Positions 43,344-44,825 of a stretch of 44,825 nt of DNA are shown here, one piece after another (the first letter of the stretch is position 1; each line of letters starts with the position of its first letter). A program made the translations under genes and the position numbers. Source of the stretch: Burkholderiaceae bacterium. GTDB lineage: Bacteria; Pseudomonadota; Gammaproteobacteria; Burkholderiales; Burkholderiaceae_D. The stretch is taken from contig JBDSCZ010000287.1 in assembly GCA_039920865.1 (NCBI GenBank), forward strand, positions 1 to 44,825, given 5' to 3'. The notes beneath the pieces were generated by a model that saw nothing but the letters and a program-made list of their open reading frames with translations, had not been told where the DNA came from and searched no databases.

Positions 43344-43790
43344 TCAGCTGGGCTGAGTCGGCTCGATCAGGTCTTCGATAATCTCGAACGAATGCGTGAT
43401 CGCGGCCGATTTTTCCAGCATGATCGAGGCCGAGCAGTATTTCTCGTGCGACAGCTTGATTGCGCGCTCTACCAGATTCGGTTTCAGGTTGTGCCCGCGC
43501 ACGGTGAAGTGGAAGTGGACGGCGGTAAAGACTTTCGGATCTTCGGCGGCGCGCTCCGCCTTCAACGCGACGTCGCAGGCCCGTACATCCTGCCTGCTTT
43601 TGCGCAGGATCAGCACCACGTCGTAGGCGGTGCAGCCGCCAGTGCCGGCCAGCACCAGTTCCATCGGCCGCGGCGCCAGATTGCGCCCGCCGCCATCCGG
43701 TGCGCCATCCATCATGGCAATGTGGCCGGAACCTGTTTCCGCTAAAAAAGTCATGCCGGACAATCCTGTCCAGCGCACAGTGCATTCCAT
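43344..43790 (-). CDS. OsmC/YhfA-family protein
   Basis: RPMELVLAGTGGCTAYDV, LSHEKYCSAS. Confidence 0.9.
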   Translation of the reverse strand: MECTVRWTGLSGMTFLAETGSGHIAMMDGAPDGGGRNLAPRPMELVLAGTGGCTAYDVVLILRKSRQDVRACDVALKAERAAEDPKVFTAVHFHFTVRGHNLKPNLVERAIKLSHEKYCSASIMLEKSAAITHSFEIIEDLIEPTQPS

Positions 43791-43877
43791 GGCGATTTCC
43801 CAATAAAAAAATAGCGTTTATTGTAACTGGACTGGCTATTTTGGATTGCGCTGCCCTAGATTTCCTGCAAGGCATAT

Positions 43878-44025
43878 TGCATTGCAGCATTGCATAAATA
43901 TAAAAAAACATTATTCAGATTGGAATATGTTTTCTAAGTAACTGTTTTGTATGGTTTAATTTTTTAGGCATGATTTTTTCAATTCTATAAATGTAATTTA
44001 TCAAAAAATATCTTGCGATGCACAA
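43878..44025. promoter_or_regulatory. PhaR-like TGCRNYGCASMA boxes
   Basis: TGCATTGCAGCA (43878) and TGCGATGCACAA (44014) between osmC and the sRNA. Confidence 0.45.
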
Positions 44026-44087
44026 TAGTTTCACTATAATCAAAACGTCGATTGACGCAGTGAAGTTTTGCAGCGCCAATTATGTAT

Positions 44088-44153
44088 TTGTCTCCTCCAC
44101 CCTCCCAACGGAGTGGATTTCAACCCGGAACCTGCGTGTTTCGGGTTTTTTTT
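44088..44153 (+). ncRNA. Second small RNA resembling the Betaproteobacteria toxic sRNA family
   Basis: TTGTCTCCTCCACCCTCCCAACGGAGTGGATTTCAACCCGGAAC..GTTTCGGGTTTTTTTT; TTGACG upstream at 44052. Confidence 0.72.
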
Positions 44154-44203
44154 GCCTGCAGTATTCCGGCAGGTTCCGAGTTCGACTGTCATTTTCAGCG
44201 TAT

Positions 44204-44233
44204 TTGACTTGCGCTCATTGAAAAGGCTATAAT
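44204..44233 (+). promoter_or_regulatory. Sigma70 promoter of rplM-rpsI
   Basis: TTGACT-N18-TATAAT. Confidence 0.7.
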
Positions 44234-44343
44234 CCACGGCTTTTCGTTTGCTCAGGAAAGTAGCATAAGGGCGAGTCCGCAGTGTCAGTCATGGCAGCGC
44301 GGAACCACCAATTTGAGCGAGTTAATCTAGTTAGGAAGTCAAC

Positions 44344-44772
44344 ATGAAAACTTTTTCCGCTAAGGGCCATGAGGTCAAGCGCGAGTGGTTGGTGATTGAC
44401 GCGACGGACAAAATCCTCGGGCGTGTTGCCAGCGAAGTGGCACTCCGATTGCGCGGCAAGCACAAACCAGAATTTACTCCCCACGTCGACACCGGCGACT
44501 TTATTGTTGTTGTGAATGCAGGCAAACTGCGTGTTACAGGCACTAAAGCAACAAACAAAACATACTATCGCCACTCTGGTTATCCAGGCGGTATCTATGA
44601 AACCAACTTCAAGAAAATGCAAGAGCGTTTTCCAGGTCGCGCGCTTGAGAAAGCGGTCAAGGGCATGTTGCCTAAAGGCCCACTCGGCTACGCGATGATC
44701 AAGAAGCTGAAAGTGTACGCGGAAGGTTCCCATCCGCACGCTGCGCAGCAACCTAAAGCACTTGAACTCTAA
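44344..44772 (+). CDS. rplM: 50S ribosomal protein L13
   Basis: [35 protein letters not shown]. Confidence 0.98.
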   Translation: MKTFSAKGHEVKREWLVIDATDKILGRVASEVALRLRGKHKPEFTPHVDTGDFIVVVNAGKLRVTGTKATNKTYYRHSGYPGGIYETNFKKMQERFPGRALEKAVKGMLPKGPLGYAMIKKLKVYAEGSHPHAAQQPKALEL

Positions 44773-44781
44773 GGAATAGAC

Positions 44782-44825
44782 ATGATCGGTAACTACAATT
44801 ACGGAACCGGCCGTCGCAAGAGTGC
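44782..44825 (+). CDS. rpsI: 30S ribosomal protein S9 (partial, runs off window)
   Basis: MIGNYNYGTGRRKS after RBS AAGGA, directly downstream of rplM. Confidence 0.93.
   Translation, partial: MIGNYNYGTGRRKS

Overview
Chromosomal window from a betaproteobacterium (gene content and order fit Oxalobacteraceae/Burkholderiales; inference). Housekeeping blocks: serC-pheA-hisC-tyrA-aroA-cmk-rpsA-ihfB-lapA-lapB-(ugd remnant)-hldE(kinase)-comEA-cysM, then an uncharacterised HTH gene, mltB, a deacetylase, ylqF, an enoyl-CoA hydratase and groESL (CIRCE plus sigma32 promoter), and later tRNA-Pro, ispB, rplU-rpmA-obgE-proB, rppH, proS, slt, lpxC, DMT, coq7, osmC-like and rplM-rpsI. An accessory block between groES and tRNA-Pro carries a c-di-GMP/two-component cluster (EAL-REC with a decayed GGDEF relic, HDOD, PAS kinase, degenerate REC-HD-GYP, REC). 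The main unexplained signal is a dispersed ~68-bp intergenic element with rigid spacing and variable filler: RTAC-N8-GTAT-N9/10-(CGC)A-N9-TGCG-N21-RTACY. It occurs 8 times in both orientations, including inside core operons. Also seen: two anti-Shine-Dalgarno sRNA candidates, a REP doublet, an in-frame-deleted ugd and an unannotated 32-aa membrane ORF. All product names come from motif recognition by eye, not from database searches.
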